Origin: Minisyncoccota bacterium
GTDB taxonomy: Bacteria > Patescibacteriota > Minisyncoccia > 2-02-FULL-40-12 > GWA2-44-9
Assembly: GCA_035620375.1 (NCBI GenBank)
Contig: DASPGX010000028.1
Span: 2,974 to 66,973, forward strand
Direction of reading: 5' to 3'
DNA: 64,000 bases
Part shown: positions 38,521-46,737 of the stretch, one piece after another
How the letters are laid out: each line of letters starts with the position of its first letter
Numbering within the stretch: the first letter of the stretch is position 1
Notes under the pieces: generated by a model
Database searches by the model: none
What the model was told of the DNA's origin: nothing
The model's input: the letters and a program-made list of their open reading frames with translations, nothing else
Translations under genes and position numbers: made by a program

Positions 38521-40112
38521 CCGGAAAAGAGTGGGGATATGCGCGGGGTACGCCAGGCGACATCCAGACCTGCGCCGGCCCTGATGAGGTCGGTGACCGC
38601 GGGGAGCTCATCCACCAGAACCCGGTCTTTGGTGACCGCGGGGAATACACGGCGCACGGCGCGGTACAATTCCGACGCCGCGGGCGAAAGCCGCCGCGTC
38701 GCCCGCATGACGTCGGTCGCCTGGGCGAGCGTGATGAGTTCCACGGCGCACAGGATGCGCAGGTCCTCGGCCGTTTTCATCGTCAGCAGTGCCGAGTCGG
38801 TGCCCATACTCACGACGTCCTGGTTGTCGGCATTCGTGGACATGGAGTGAACGCGGTGCGGATACGCCATGGACTGGGCGTGTGACGCGGTGGAGGTCGC
38901 CACGAACTGCAGGCCCTGCAGGGAAAGGTTCAGGCCGGCGGTCGCCAGATTCAGAAACGGCGGCAATCTTCGGTTCACGTTCCGGTTCAGGAAGAAATTA
39001 ATCTGTCGCTCCGCCAGCAGCGTCAGTTTCGCCATCGCCGCGCGGAGTTCGTCGGCAGCCTGTGCGACGTATTCGCCGTGAAAGTTCCCGCCGTGCAGGA
39101 ATTTTCCCGACACCGGGTCCACGATGGGATTGTCGGTAACGGAGTTTATCTCCGTCTCAACCGTCTCCCGGGAGCGGGCCAACACGTCCAGCGACGGGCC
39201 GACAATCTGGGGGATACACCGGAAGGAATAGATTTCCTGCACGTCCTCGTCGATGAACCGTGTCGCTTCCGTGATGCGGTGCTTGCGTTGGAAAGCCTCG
39301 CGCTGCTTGATGAGCCGGGAGCCGGCGGTGAGTTCGCGCAGGGCAAGGCCGACGGTCAGCTGGCCGCGGTGCGGACGCAGTTCGTGCAGGCGTTCGGACA
39401 GTCCGTCCGCGAACGCGCCGATGAGTTCCAGAGCCCAGGCGCCCGAGCGGACGGCGACCGAGAGCAGGCGGTCGGCGTCGCGGCAGGCGACCGCCATGAT
39501 GCCGGCCATGAACGAAGTGCCGTTGATGACCGCGAGCCCGTCGCGCGGGATGAGGCGGTACGGCTCAAGTCCCGCAAGTTTCAGTGCCCGCGCGGCCGGC
39601 ATGCGTTCATCGCGGTACCGCACATGCCCCTCACCGATAAGCGCCAGTCCGACATGCGCGAGCTGTACGAGGTCGCCGCTCGTGCCCACGGCCCCGTGTT
39701 CGGGAACTTCGGGAATGATGCGGTGGTTGATGACCGCCGCGAGCGCGTGCAACAGCTCGGCGGAGACCCCCGACATGCCGCGGGCAAGCGTGTTGAGCCT
39801 GACCAGCATGGCGGCAAGCACCAACGGGTCCGGCACCGGCGCGCCCATGCCGACCGCGTGGCTCCGGATGAGGTTCGTCTGCAACTCCGTCAGCGCTTTG
39901 CGGGAAATGAGGTGCGAGGCCATCGGTCCGAATCCCGTGTTCACGCCGTAGATGACTTTGCTGGTCAGGTTCTTCTCCAGCATCATCCGGCTTTCCTGCG
40001 TCCGCGCAAAAACATCGTCGTCAATAACCGCCGACATTTTCGGGTCGGCGACAAATGCCCAGATGCGCCTGATGTCCAGGTCGCCGCCGGTGATGAGCAA
40101 TGTGCGCGGCAT
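38517..40112 (-). CDS. Aromatic amino acid ammonia-lyase (HAL/TAL/PAL family), probably tyrosine ammonia-lyase-like
   Basis: IYGVNTGFG, LIRSH, MIO triad in GTSGDL, INGTS, YSFRC.PQ, DNP, GGNFHG, NQDVVSMG. Alternative start GTG 40121. Confidence 0.92.
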   Translation of the reverse strand: MPRTLLITGGDLDIRRIWAFVADPKMSAVIDDDVFARTQESRMMLEKNLTSKVIYGVNTGFGPMASHLISRKALTELQTNLIRSHAVGMGAPVPDPLVLAAMLVRLNTLARGMSGVSAELLHALAAVINHRIIPEVPEHGAVGTSGDLVQLAHVGLALIGEGHVRYRDERMPAARALKLAGLEPYRLIPRDGLAVINGTSFMAGIMAVACRDADRLLSVAVRSGAWALELIGAFADGLSERLHELRPHRGQLTVGLALRELTAGSRLIKQREAFQRKHRITEATRFIDEDVQEIYSFRCIPQIVGPSLDVLARSRETVETEINSVTDNPIVDPVSGKFLHGGNFHGEYVAQAADELRAAMAKLTLLAERQINFFLNRNVNRRLPPFLNLATAGLNLSLQGLQFVATSTASHAQSMAYPHRVHSMSTNADNQDVVSMGTDSALLTMKTAEDLRILCAVELITLAQATDVMRATRRLSPAASELYRAVRRVFPAVTKDRVLVDELPAVTDLIRAGAGLDVAWRTPRISPLFSG

Positions 40113-40185
40113 GTTGTGCACTCATTGTATCGGAATCGGTGATAGAATGATTGTGTATTACGTATTCACTCATTCGTTCATCGTT

Positions 40186-40602
40186 ATGACATACGACGTA
40201 GCAATCAATATATGGACCGTGGTCGGCGCCGCGGCCGCGAGTTTCGTGGTCGGCATGCTCTGGTACGGTCCGGTCTTCGGAAAAACCTGGATGAAGCTCT
40301 CGGGGATTTCCCGGGCGGACATGAAATCCATGCCGTTGACTCCCGTGCAGGCCATGGTGGGCGGCGCGGTTACGGCCCTGCTGATGGCCTATGTGCTCGC
40401 CTGGCTGGCGCAAGCCCTGATTCTGCTTTCGGCGAGTGACGCGATGCGGATGGCGTTCTGGCTCTGGCTCGGATTCTTCGTCCCGCTGACCGCGGGTTCG
40501 TGGTTGTGGGAGGGCAAGCCGTTGAGGCTCTTCCTTTTTAACGCTGCGCATTGGCTTGTCGCGCTCTCGGCGATGAGCTACGTCGTCGTCCGCTGGATGT
40601 AG
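40186..40602 (+). CDS. DUF1761 family membrane protein
   Basis: INIWTVVGAA...GMLWYGPVFGKTW, WLGF..P, LWE. Confidence 0.85.
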   Translation: MTYDVAINIWTVVGAAAASFVVGMLWYGPVFGKTWMKLSGISRADMKSMPLTPVQAMVGGAVTALLMAYVLAWLAQALILLSASDAMRMAFWLWLGFFVPLTAGSWLWEGKPLRLFLFNAAHWLVALSAMSYVVVRWM

Positions 40603-40750
40603 GATTCCGGCCGCAAGATCATCACCCCGGTTCCGTACGGAGCCGGGGTGATTGGTATATGAAACGGTCAGCGCCCTGCGGTTTCCATGAGAAACAGATA
40701 TACCAACATGGCAAGTTTTGTCGTTTTCGGCCTGTGATAGGATTGAGGCG

Positions 40751-41257
40751 ATGGACCCGAAGGATACAGAACCGTTCCCGTTGTCCCCGGAACCCGGTCG
40801 TTCCGTAATCCGGCACGGCTCCGGAGACATCACGAGCATAGAGGAAAAGACCGAGGACGAGTTTGTGCGCTACGACGAGCGGATGAAGCTCTGGGGCTGG
40901 CTCTCCAGGGAATTCGGGGCGAAGTGGGAGATGATGAGCCAGCAGCAGCGGGAGGCGACCGTCCAGAAATACATCGTCACCATCATTGAAGAACTCAAGG
41001 CCATGGCCGGCGGACTGTGGGACCAGCTCTCTCCGGAAAATAAGCGTGAGTTGTTCCACGCCCGCTTCATTGACCGCACCGCGCCTCCGGTACCCGTCCG
41101 TCCCGCAAAGCCGCCGGTCCGGAAGGCGGGCCCTGAAGGGAAAACCGAACACCGCGCGACGGGATTCGTGGATTGGGTCGCGCGGAACGCCGGCCGTCTT
41201 CCGGCGGACTGGGGAGAACGGAGAAAGATGTATCTTGAAGAAACGGGCGGTGAGTAA
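40751..41257 (+). CDS. Hypothetical protein
   Basis: ATG 7 nt after TGATAGGAT; charged helical composition. Confidence 0.6.
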   Translation: MDPKDTEPFPLSPEPGRSVIRHGSGDITSIEEKTEDEFVRYDERMKLWGWLSREFGAKWEMMSQQQREATVQKYIVTIIEELKAMAGGLWDQLSPENKRELFHARFIDRTAPPVPVRPAKPPVRKAGPEGKTEHRATGFVDWVARNAGRLPADWGERRKMYLEETGGE

Positions 41258-41272
41258 TAACCAATTCTCATT

Positions 41273-41866
41273 ATGAGCGAATCGAACCGCGAGCCGGCAA
41301 TACGCAGGGAGATGGGCGGCCACGAGGATTACGGTGCCTATGAGCGCAAGGTGCGCCAGGAAATGTGGGAGCAGTACAAGGACATGTTGCGCGAGCTTCC
41401 CACTCATGACGACCGTGAGGAGGCGGTTCGGAAGCTGGCCAAGCAGGAGATGGCGCGCCGGGCGAGCGCGAAGGTGAAGGCCGAGAGCCGGGAACCGGAA
41501 CCGGCCGGGAAAAAGACGGAACAGGGTCCGGCCCCCGCCGCATCCGTGGAGAAGCCCCTGGGAATCCTGGATGCCGGTCCGTGGCTCAAATGGGACGACG
41601 TCGTCTATGCCGAGGGCAAGTTCCACGTGTTCACGTCGGAATTCGTCCCTGCGCTTGTTGAGGCGCTCGGTGAACTGTCCAGCGACATGCAGGTGCGCAC
41701 GCGCCAGATGAACATGATACGCAATCTGTATCAGGGCAAGCTGTTCCGCATGTACGCGAACCAGTATCCCGACCGTCCGGCGGACGAGTTGCGCGAGAAC
41801 GTGCAGGGATGGCTGGACGAGCGGTGGGAGCAAACGCTTGCCGCCGCGCGGCGCCTGGCGTCATAG
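41273..41866 (+). CDS. Hypothetical protein
   Basis: 197-aa ORF closely spaced in an operon with rmuC. Confidence 0.6.
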   Translation: MSESNREPAIRREMGGHEDYGAYERKVRQEMWEQYKDMLRELPTHDDREEAVRKLAKQEMARRASAKVKAESREPEPAGKKTEQGPAPAASVEKPLGILDAGPWLKWDDVVYAEGKFHVFTSEFVPALVEALGELSSDMQVRTRQMNMIRNLYQGKLFRMYANQYPDRPADELRENVQGWLDERWEQTLAAARRLAS

Positions 41867-41878
41867 TCCTGAGCGACC

Positions 41879-42877
41879 ATGGAGAGTTACGTCATTATCG
41901 GACTGCTGGTGGTCCTGTGCGGCGCCGTACTCTATGCGGCGCGTTCGTTGCGCCGTCCGGCCGACACGAAACCTGACCAGTCCGTGCTGATGCTTTCCCA
42001 GCGCGTCGAAGCGCTCTCGCACCAGCTCTCGCATCAAATGGAGCAGTCGCGGCAAGCCACCGAGCGCTCGGGGGCCAGCGTCTTCTCGCAGGTGCAGGCG
42101 TTCACGCAGGGGATGACTGAGCTGCGCGAGTCGGTCAAGCAGGTGCGCGAGTCGGTCAAGGATGTCGCCTCGTTCCAGGAGATGTTCCGGTCCCCCAAAC
42201 TCCGGGGCCAATGGGGGGAGTTGTCTCTGGGGGCCATTCTCAAGGAGTATTTCCCCAAAGGCGGGTACGAGGAACAGCACTACTTTGCAGGCGGTGAGGC
42301 GGTAGACGCTGTTGTCCGGCTCCCGAACGGCCTGCTCCTGCCTATCGATTCAAAATTCAATTGGGACAATTTCAAGAAGATGACGGAAAGCGAGAGCGAG
42401 ACTGCCCGGGCTGCCTACCGCAAACAATTTCTGTCCGACGTGAAAAAGAAGGTGGACGAAATCGCGACTAAGTACGTCCTGCCCAGCGAGGGGACGGTGG
42501 ATATGGCGCTCATGTATATGCCCGCAGAGAGCATCTACTACGAGGTTGTCCAGAATGTCCGGGAAGAGGATGTCGCCGAATACGCGCGCAAGCGCAAGGT
42601 ATACCTCACCTCGCCGAACACGTTGTATATCACGCTGTCTGCCGTCATTCACTGGTTCAAGGACTCGCAGTTACAGAGCCAGACGCGGGCCATCATGAAG
42701 CGGTTGGAAACCGTGATTAAAGATGCCGGAACGCTGGCGAACGAGTTCCGCAAGCTCGGAGATCACCTATCCGATGCCTCTTCCGCCTATGAACGGACCG
42801 ACAAGAAGCTCGGCCACCTTGTCGAGCGGACACAGAAGGTGATAGAAATGAGTGAGCAGGAGAATTTGCTTTCGTAA
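41879..42877 (+). CDS. rmuC: DNA recombination protein RmuC
   Basis: N-terminal TM, coiled coil, RGQWGE, VDAVVRLP, PIDSKF, MYMPAESIY, SPNT. Confidence 0.9.
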   Translation: MESYVIIGLLVVLCGAVLYAARSLRRPADTKPDQSVLMLSQRVEALSHQLSHQMEQSRQATERSGASVFSQVQAFTQGMTELRESVKQVRESVKDVASFQEMFRSPKLRGQWGELSLGAILKEYFPKGGYEEQHYFAGGEAVDAVVRLPNGLLLPIDSKFNWDNFKKMTESESETARAAYRKQFLSDVKKKVDEIATKYVLPSEGTVDMALMYMPAESIYYEVVQNVREEDVAEYARKRKVYLTSPNTLYITLSAVIHWFKDSQLQSQTRAIMKRLETVIKDAGTLANEFRKLGDHLSDASSAYERTDKKLGHLVERTQKVIEMSEQENLLS

Positions 42878-42888
42878 TACCGCGAACC

Positions 42889-43557
42889 ATGCCCGACGAA
42901 GAATTGCCAGCGATGCCCGAGCTCCCTGTTGCGCCGGTTGAGAAGCCGGATGTTTCCGCGTCGCCTGACCGTCCGAAAGCTCCCGAGGCCCCCAAGCGGT
43001 CCATAGCCGCCGAGGACAAGCCGGTGCCGCGTCCGGAGCGCAAGACCGCCCCGGCTACAGCGCCCCGCGCTCCCGAGCGCACCATCGTTTCCGGGGACGC
43101 GCCGGCAGGCGCGGAAGGTGAACCCAAAAGCGGTGAGCGCAAAGAGGGTACGCCGGAGAAGGGCGGACTTGAACGGGATATGGAGAAAAAAGCGGCAGAG
43201 CGTGGACTTGCTCCGGAAGAGAAAAAGAGCTGGTGGACGGAAAAGGTTCCTATCACGTCCAACGCCGCGAAGGGTCCGAAAGAGCCGCTTTCGTTCGGTC
43301 AGCGGTTGTGGCGCGGCATCAAGGGCGGCGCGCTGATGTATCCCGTAGGTATCTTGACGACCGTGGGTATGGGCATCTGGGGGAGCCTGGGGAAAATCGC
43401 TGAGAATGTGGCGACCTATGGGACCACGTATGTGCCCTGGGCCCAGTGGTTCGGCGCTTCGCTGACTCATCCCATAACTCTTGGGGTCGTCGGCGCAGGG
43501 TTCGCCGCGGGCTTCTTGACCCATTGGTTCCGTAAGCGGCGGGAGCAGAAGAAATAG
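42889..43557 (+). CDS. Hypothetical membrane protein with Pro/Glu-rich N-terminus
   Basis: Disordered N-half; Gly-rich hydrophobic helices and a basic C-terminus. Confidence 0.65.
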   Translation: MPDEELPAMPELPVAPVEKPDVSASPDRPKAPEAPKRSIAAEDKPVPRPERKTAPATAPRAPERTIVSGDAPAGAEGEPKSGERKEGTPEKGGLERDMEKKAAERGLAPEEKKSWWTEKVPITSNAAKGPKEPLSFGQRLWRGIKGGALMYPVGILTTVGMGIWGSLGKIAENVATYGTTYVPWAQWFGASLTHPITLGVVGAGFAAGFLTHWFRKRREQKK

Positions 43558-43700
43558 CCGGACCTCTTTCCTTTTTCCGCGGTTTCCGTATAATCGGGTC
43601 TGTATTTTTGAATACACTTCGCCTATGCGGAGTGTATTCGTCCCGAGGAGCCGCGCCCGTGTGCCCGGCGACGGGATTTCACGCTTTTCCGTAAACCGGT

Positions 43701-45689
43701 ATGGATATTTTCCTCGTATCTCTCATCGCGGCGGTTGTTGCGCTTGTGTATGGCGCGTTTCTTGCATGGACCGTACTGAAGCAGCCTGCGGGTGATGAGC
43801 GTATGCAGAGCATTGCGCGCGCCATTCAGGAGGGTGCGTCTGCATATCTGAAGCGCCAGAACCGGACCGTCATCATCGTGGGCGTGCCGGTAACGGTCGC
43901 ACTGTACTTCCTGCTCGGATGGGGCACGGCCGCCGGGTTCGTCGTCGGCGCGTTCGCTTCCGCGCTTGCGGGCTGGCTCGGCATGGCGGTGGCGGTACGC
44001 GCGAATGTCCGCGTCGCGGAGCAGGCGAAGTACGGCATGGCCCCGGCGTTCTCCCTGGGATTTAAGGGCGGTGCGGTCACCGGATTCGCGGTGGTCGGTC
44101 TCGCCCTGCTCTCGCTGACCGTTTTCTATTGGCTCACCGGTGACGTCATTGCGTTGATTGGCCTCGGTTTCGGCGCCTCGCTTATCTCGGTCTTTGCGCG
44201 TTTGGGCGGCGGCATCTTCACCAAGGGCGCCGACGTCGGCGCCGACCTGGTGGGCAAGATTGAAGCGGGAATCCCCGAAGACGACCCGCGAAATCCGGCG
44301 GTTATCGCCGACAACGTCGGCGATAATGTCGGCGACGATGCGGGCATGGCAGCGGACCTCTTTGAAACATACGTGGTCTCGGCGATTTCCGTCATGCTCC
44401 TGACGCATCTTCTGCTTCCGCAGTTCCCCGAACTGGTCAAACTTCCTCTGCTCATCGGCGCCGCCGCGGTCGTCGCGTCCGTCGTCGGTTCGTTCTTCGT
44501 GCGTCTGCGGGGAAGCATCATGGGTGCGCTGTACCGCGGCGGCATCGTGACGGCCGGCGTCGCCGCCGCGCTGTTCTGGGCGATGACGAAGTATGCGCCG
44601 GTCATTACCGAACTCGGCGAAGAGGCGGGCACGGTAATCTTTTGGTCGCTTATCATCGGTATCGCGGTCACCGCGTTGATGGTTCTCATCACCGAGTACT
44701 ACACGTCCAAGCGGTTCCGCCCTGTCCGTGCCATCGCTGAGGCGAGCACCACGGGCCATGGCACAAACGTCATCATGGGACTGGCCATGAGCATGCAGGC
44801 CACGGCGCTTCCGCTGGTCGTCATCGGCGGGGCCATGCTCGGTGCGTACCAGCTTGCCGGTCTGTACGGCATCGCACTGGCGACCATGAGCATGCTGTCG
44901 CTGACGGGTATGGTCGTCGCCATTGATGCGTTCGGACCCATCACCGACAATGCCGGCGGCATCGCGGAGATGGCGAAGCTTCCCCAGGAAGTCCGCGACG
45001 TCACCGACCCGCTGGACGCGGTCGGAAACACGACCAAGGCGGTCACCAAGGGGTACGCCATCGCGTCGGCCGGCCTTGCCGCGCTGGTGCTGTTCGCCGC
45101 CTACACGCAGGAACTGCAGGCCGCGGGCCGGTTCGTACTGTTCATGCTTGCCGATGTGCGCGTGCTCGTCGGCCTGCTCATCGGCGGCATGATGCCGTAT
45201 CTGTTCGGCTCGTTCGCGATGCAGGCGGTTTCCAAGGCGGGCTCGGCGGTCGTGGACGAAGTTCGCCGTCAGTTCCGCGAGAAGCCCGGCATCATGACCG
45301 GCACCGACAAGCCGGATTACGGTTCGGCCGTGGACATCGTCACTAAGGCGGCCATCCGCGAAATGATTATTCCGGCGCTCATTCCGGTCGTCTTTCCCAT
45401 CGCCGTCGGTTTCCTGCTGGGGCCTGAGGCGCTCGGCGGTCTGCTGGTCGGAACCATCGTGACGGGTCTGTTCGTCGCCATCTCCATGACCTCGGGCGGT
45501 GGTGCATGGGACAACGCGAAGAAATACATTGAAGAGGGCAATCACGGCGGCAAGGGCTCCGACGCCCACAAGGCCGCAATCACCGGAGACACCGTGGGCG
45601 ACCCGTATAAGGATACGGCAGGGCCGGCGATTAATCCGATGATTAAAGTCGCCAACATTGTGGCTCTCTTGATAGCCCGCTTCATCTAA
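43701..45689 (+). CDS. hppA: Membrane-bound cation-translocating pyrophosphatase (K+-independent type)
   Basis: [39 protein letters not shown] (Lys at the K+-dependence position), [10 protein letters not shown]. Confidence 0.96.
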   Translation: MDIFLVSLIAAVVALVYGAFLAWTVLKQPAGDERMQSIARAIQEGASAYLKRQNRTVIIVGVPVTVALYFLLGWGTAAGFVVGAFASALAGWLGMAVAVRANVRVAEQAKYGMAPAFSLGFKGGAVTGFAVVGLALLSLTVFYWLTGDVIALIGLGFGASLISVFARLGGGIFTKGADVGADLVGKIEAGIPEDDPRNPAVIADNVGDNVGDDAGMAADLFETYVVSAISVMLLTHLLLPQFPELVKLPLLIGAAAVVASVVGSFFVRLRGSIMGALYRGGIVTAGVAAALFWAMTKYAPVITELGEEAGTVIFWSLIIGIAVTALMVLITEYYTSKRFRPVRAIAEASTTGHGTNVIMGLAMSMQATALPLVVIGGAMLGAYQLAGLYGIALATMSMLSLTGMVVAIDAFGPITDNAGGIAEMAKLPQEVRDVTDPLDAVGNTTKAVTKGYAIASAGLAALVLFAAYTQELQAAGRFVLFMLADVRVLVGLLIGGMMPYLFGSFAMQAVSKAGSAVVDEVRRQFREKPGIMTGTDKPDYGSAVDIVTKAAIREMIIPALIPVVFPIAVGFLLGPEALGGLLVGTIVTGLFVAISMTSGGGAWDNAKKYIEEGNHGGKGSDAHKAAITGDTVGDPYKDTAGPAINPMIKVANIVALLIARFI

Positions 45690-45744
45690 GAGTATCTCCA
45701 CACCAAACACCCCGCTCCGGCGGGGTGTTTGGTATAATGAGGAC

Positions 45745-46512
45745 ATGACGAACGGAGCTCCGGATTTCGCGCAACGTCAGTCCATTCCGTCCGTGCCGGC
45801 CGCCCAGCCGCGGCACGCAGCGAACATCGGAAGCGTGCGCGATGTCATGACGACCGACGTGCTCGCCATCGCTGCCGACGACACGCTGGATATCGTGGCG
45901 GGTCTCTTTGAGAAGTACGACTACGACGGCATGCCCGTCGTGGACGCCGGCTACAAACTGCTCGGCGTGATTACGGCGTACGACATGGTCCTGCAGTCCT
46001 CCGGCATGCACCTGCCGACGGTTATCGGCATCATGGAGAACATCGCCAAGGGGAAGGGCGACCGCCGCCAGCTGGACGAGCAGTTCGGCAAACTCAAGGA
46101 GATTTCGGCGACCAGCATCATGAACACCAAGCCGCTGACCGTCGGCCCCGACGCGCCGCTCTCCGATGCCGCCGGACTCTTCGCCCAGCACCCCAAGGTC
46201 AACCCGCTCTGCGTCGTGGACGCCCAGGGCAAGCTCGTCGGAGTCATTTCGCGCTATGACATCCTGAAATTCTTCAACGAGAAGTATTTCAACAAGGTCG
46301 TGCAGGACGTGAACGAGGGCGATCCGTTCAAGGCGTTTCCGACCCGTTCCGCCCGCAAGGCCGAGGAAGCGCTGGGCGAGGTGGAGAAGGAGTTTTTGCT
46401 GGTGACCAAGCGGCGTCCGCTCATCTGGAAGTACGTGGCAATTGCCATGTTCGCCGCGGGCCTTATCGTCGCCACAGCGTTGATTATCCGCATCGTGCAG
46501 CGGGGCGGATGA
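45745..46512 (+). CDS. CBS-domain pair protein with C-terminal TM
   Basis: VRDVMT...MPVVD..LGVIT and IMNT.P.TV...LCVVD..LVGVISRYD; C-terminal hydrophobic helix. Confidence 0.88.
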   Translation: MTNGAPDFAQRQSIPSVPAAQPRHAANIGSVRDVMTTDVLAIAADDTLDIVAGLFEKYDYDGMPVVDAGYKLLGVITAYDMVLQSSGMHLPTVIGIMENIAKGKGDRRQLDEQFGKLKEISATSIMNTKPLTVGPDAPLSDAAGLFAQHPKVNPLCVVDAQGKLVGVISRYDILKFFNEKYFNKVVQDVNEGDPFKAFPTRSARKAEEALGEVEKEFLLVTKRRPLIWKYVAIAMFAAGLIVATALIIRIVQRGG

Positions 46513-46536
46513 GGCTGGGGTAGAAAGGAGGGGGTC

Positions 46537-46575
46537 CAAATTTTAACGGCTCACTTGGTGAGCCGTTAAAATTTG
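46537..46575. repeat. Palindromic element copy 3
   Basis: CAAATTTTAACGGCTCAC-TTG-GTGAGCCGTTAAAATTTG, 18-bp perfect stem. Confidence 0.9.
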
Positions 46576-46592
46576 ATTGGCCGGTCTGCGCG

Positions 46593-46721
46593 CTACTTAT
46601 TCACCTGCTTCCAGAGCCAGGCGATGAGCAGGGCGCCGATGACGACGAGCTCAATCTGGAACAGTGACCCGAAGACGAGTCCGCCGCCCCAACCGCCCAT
46701 CATGCCTTCATATCCCATCAT
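46593..46721 (-). CDS. 42-aa Met/Gly-rich single-TM microprotein (not in ORF track)
   Basis: Translated by hand: MMGYEGMMGGWGGGLVFGSLFQIELVVIGALLIAWLWKQVNK*, starting 16 nt after the ATPase stop. Confidence 0.7.
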   Translation of the reverse strand: MMGYEGMMGGWGGGLVFGSLFQIELVVIGALLIAWLWKQVNK

Positions 46722-46737
46722 GGATGAAGATATTAGG

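Noticed and set aside
22729-40112. tRNA-anchored genomic island or prophage carrying the pilus/biosynthesis block
   Set aside because: I saw no integrase and no duplicated tRNA 3' end; the pilus genes look native.
38517-40112. Histidine utilisation (hut) operon or photoactive yellow protein chromophore pathway
   Set aside because: No hutU/I/G and no PYP/PAS gene nearby; the lyase is translationally coupled to the ligase and ThiF instead.
43623-45746. 707-aa minus-strand ORF
   Set aside because: Exact antisense shadow of hppA, expected from high-GC codon bias; no motifs.
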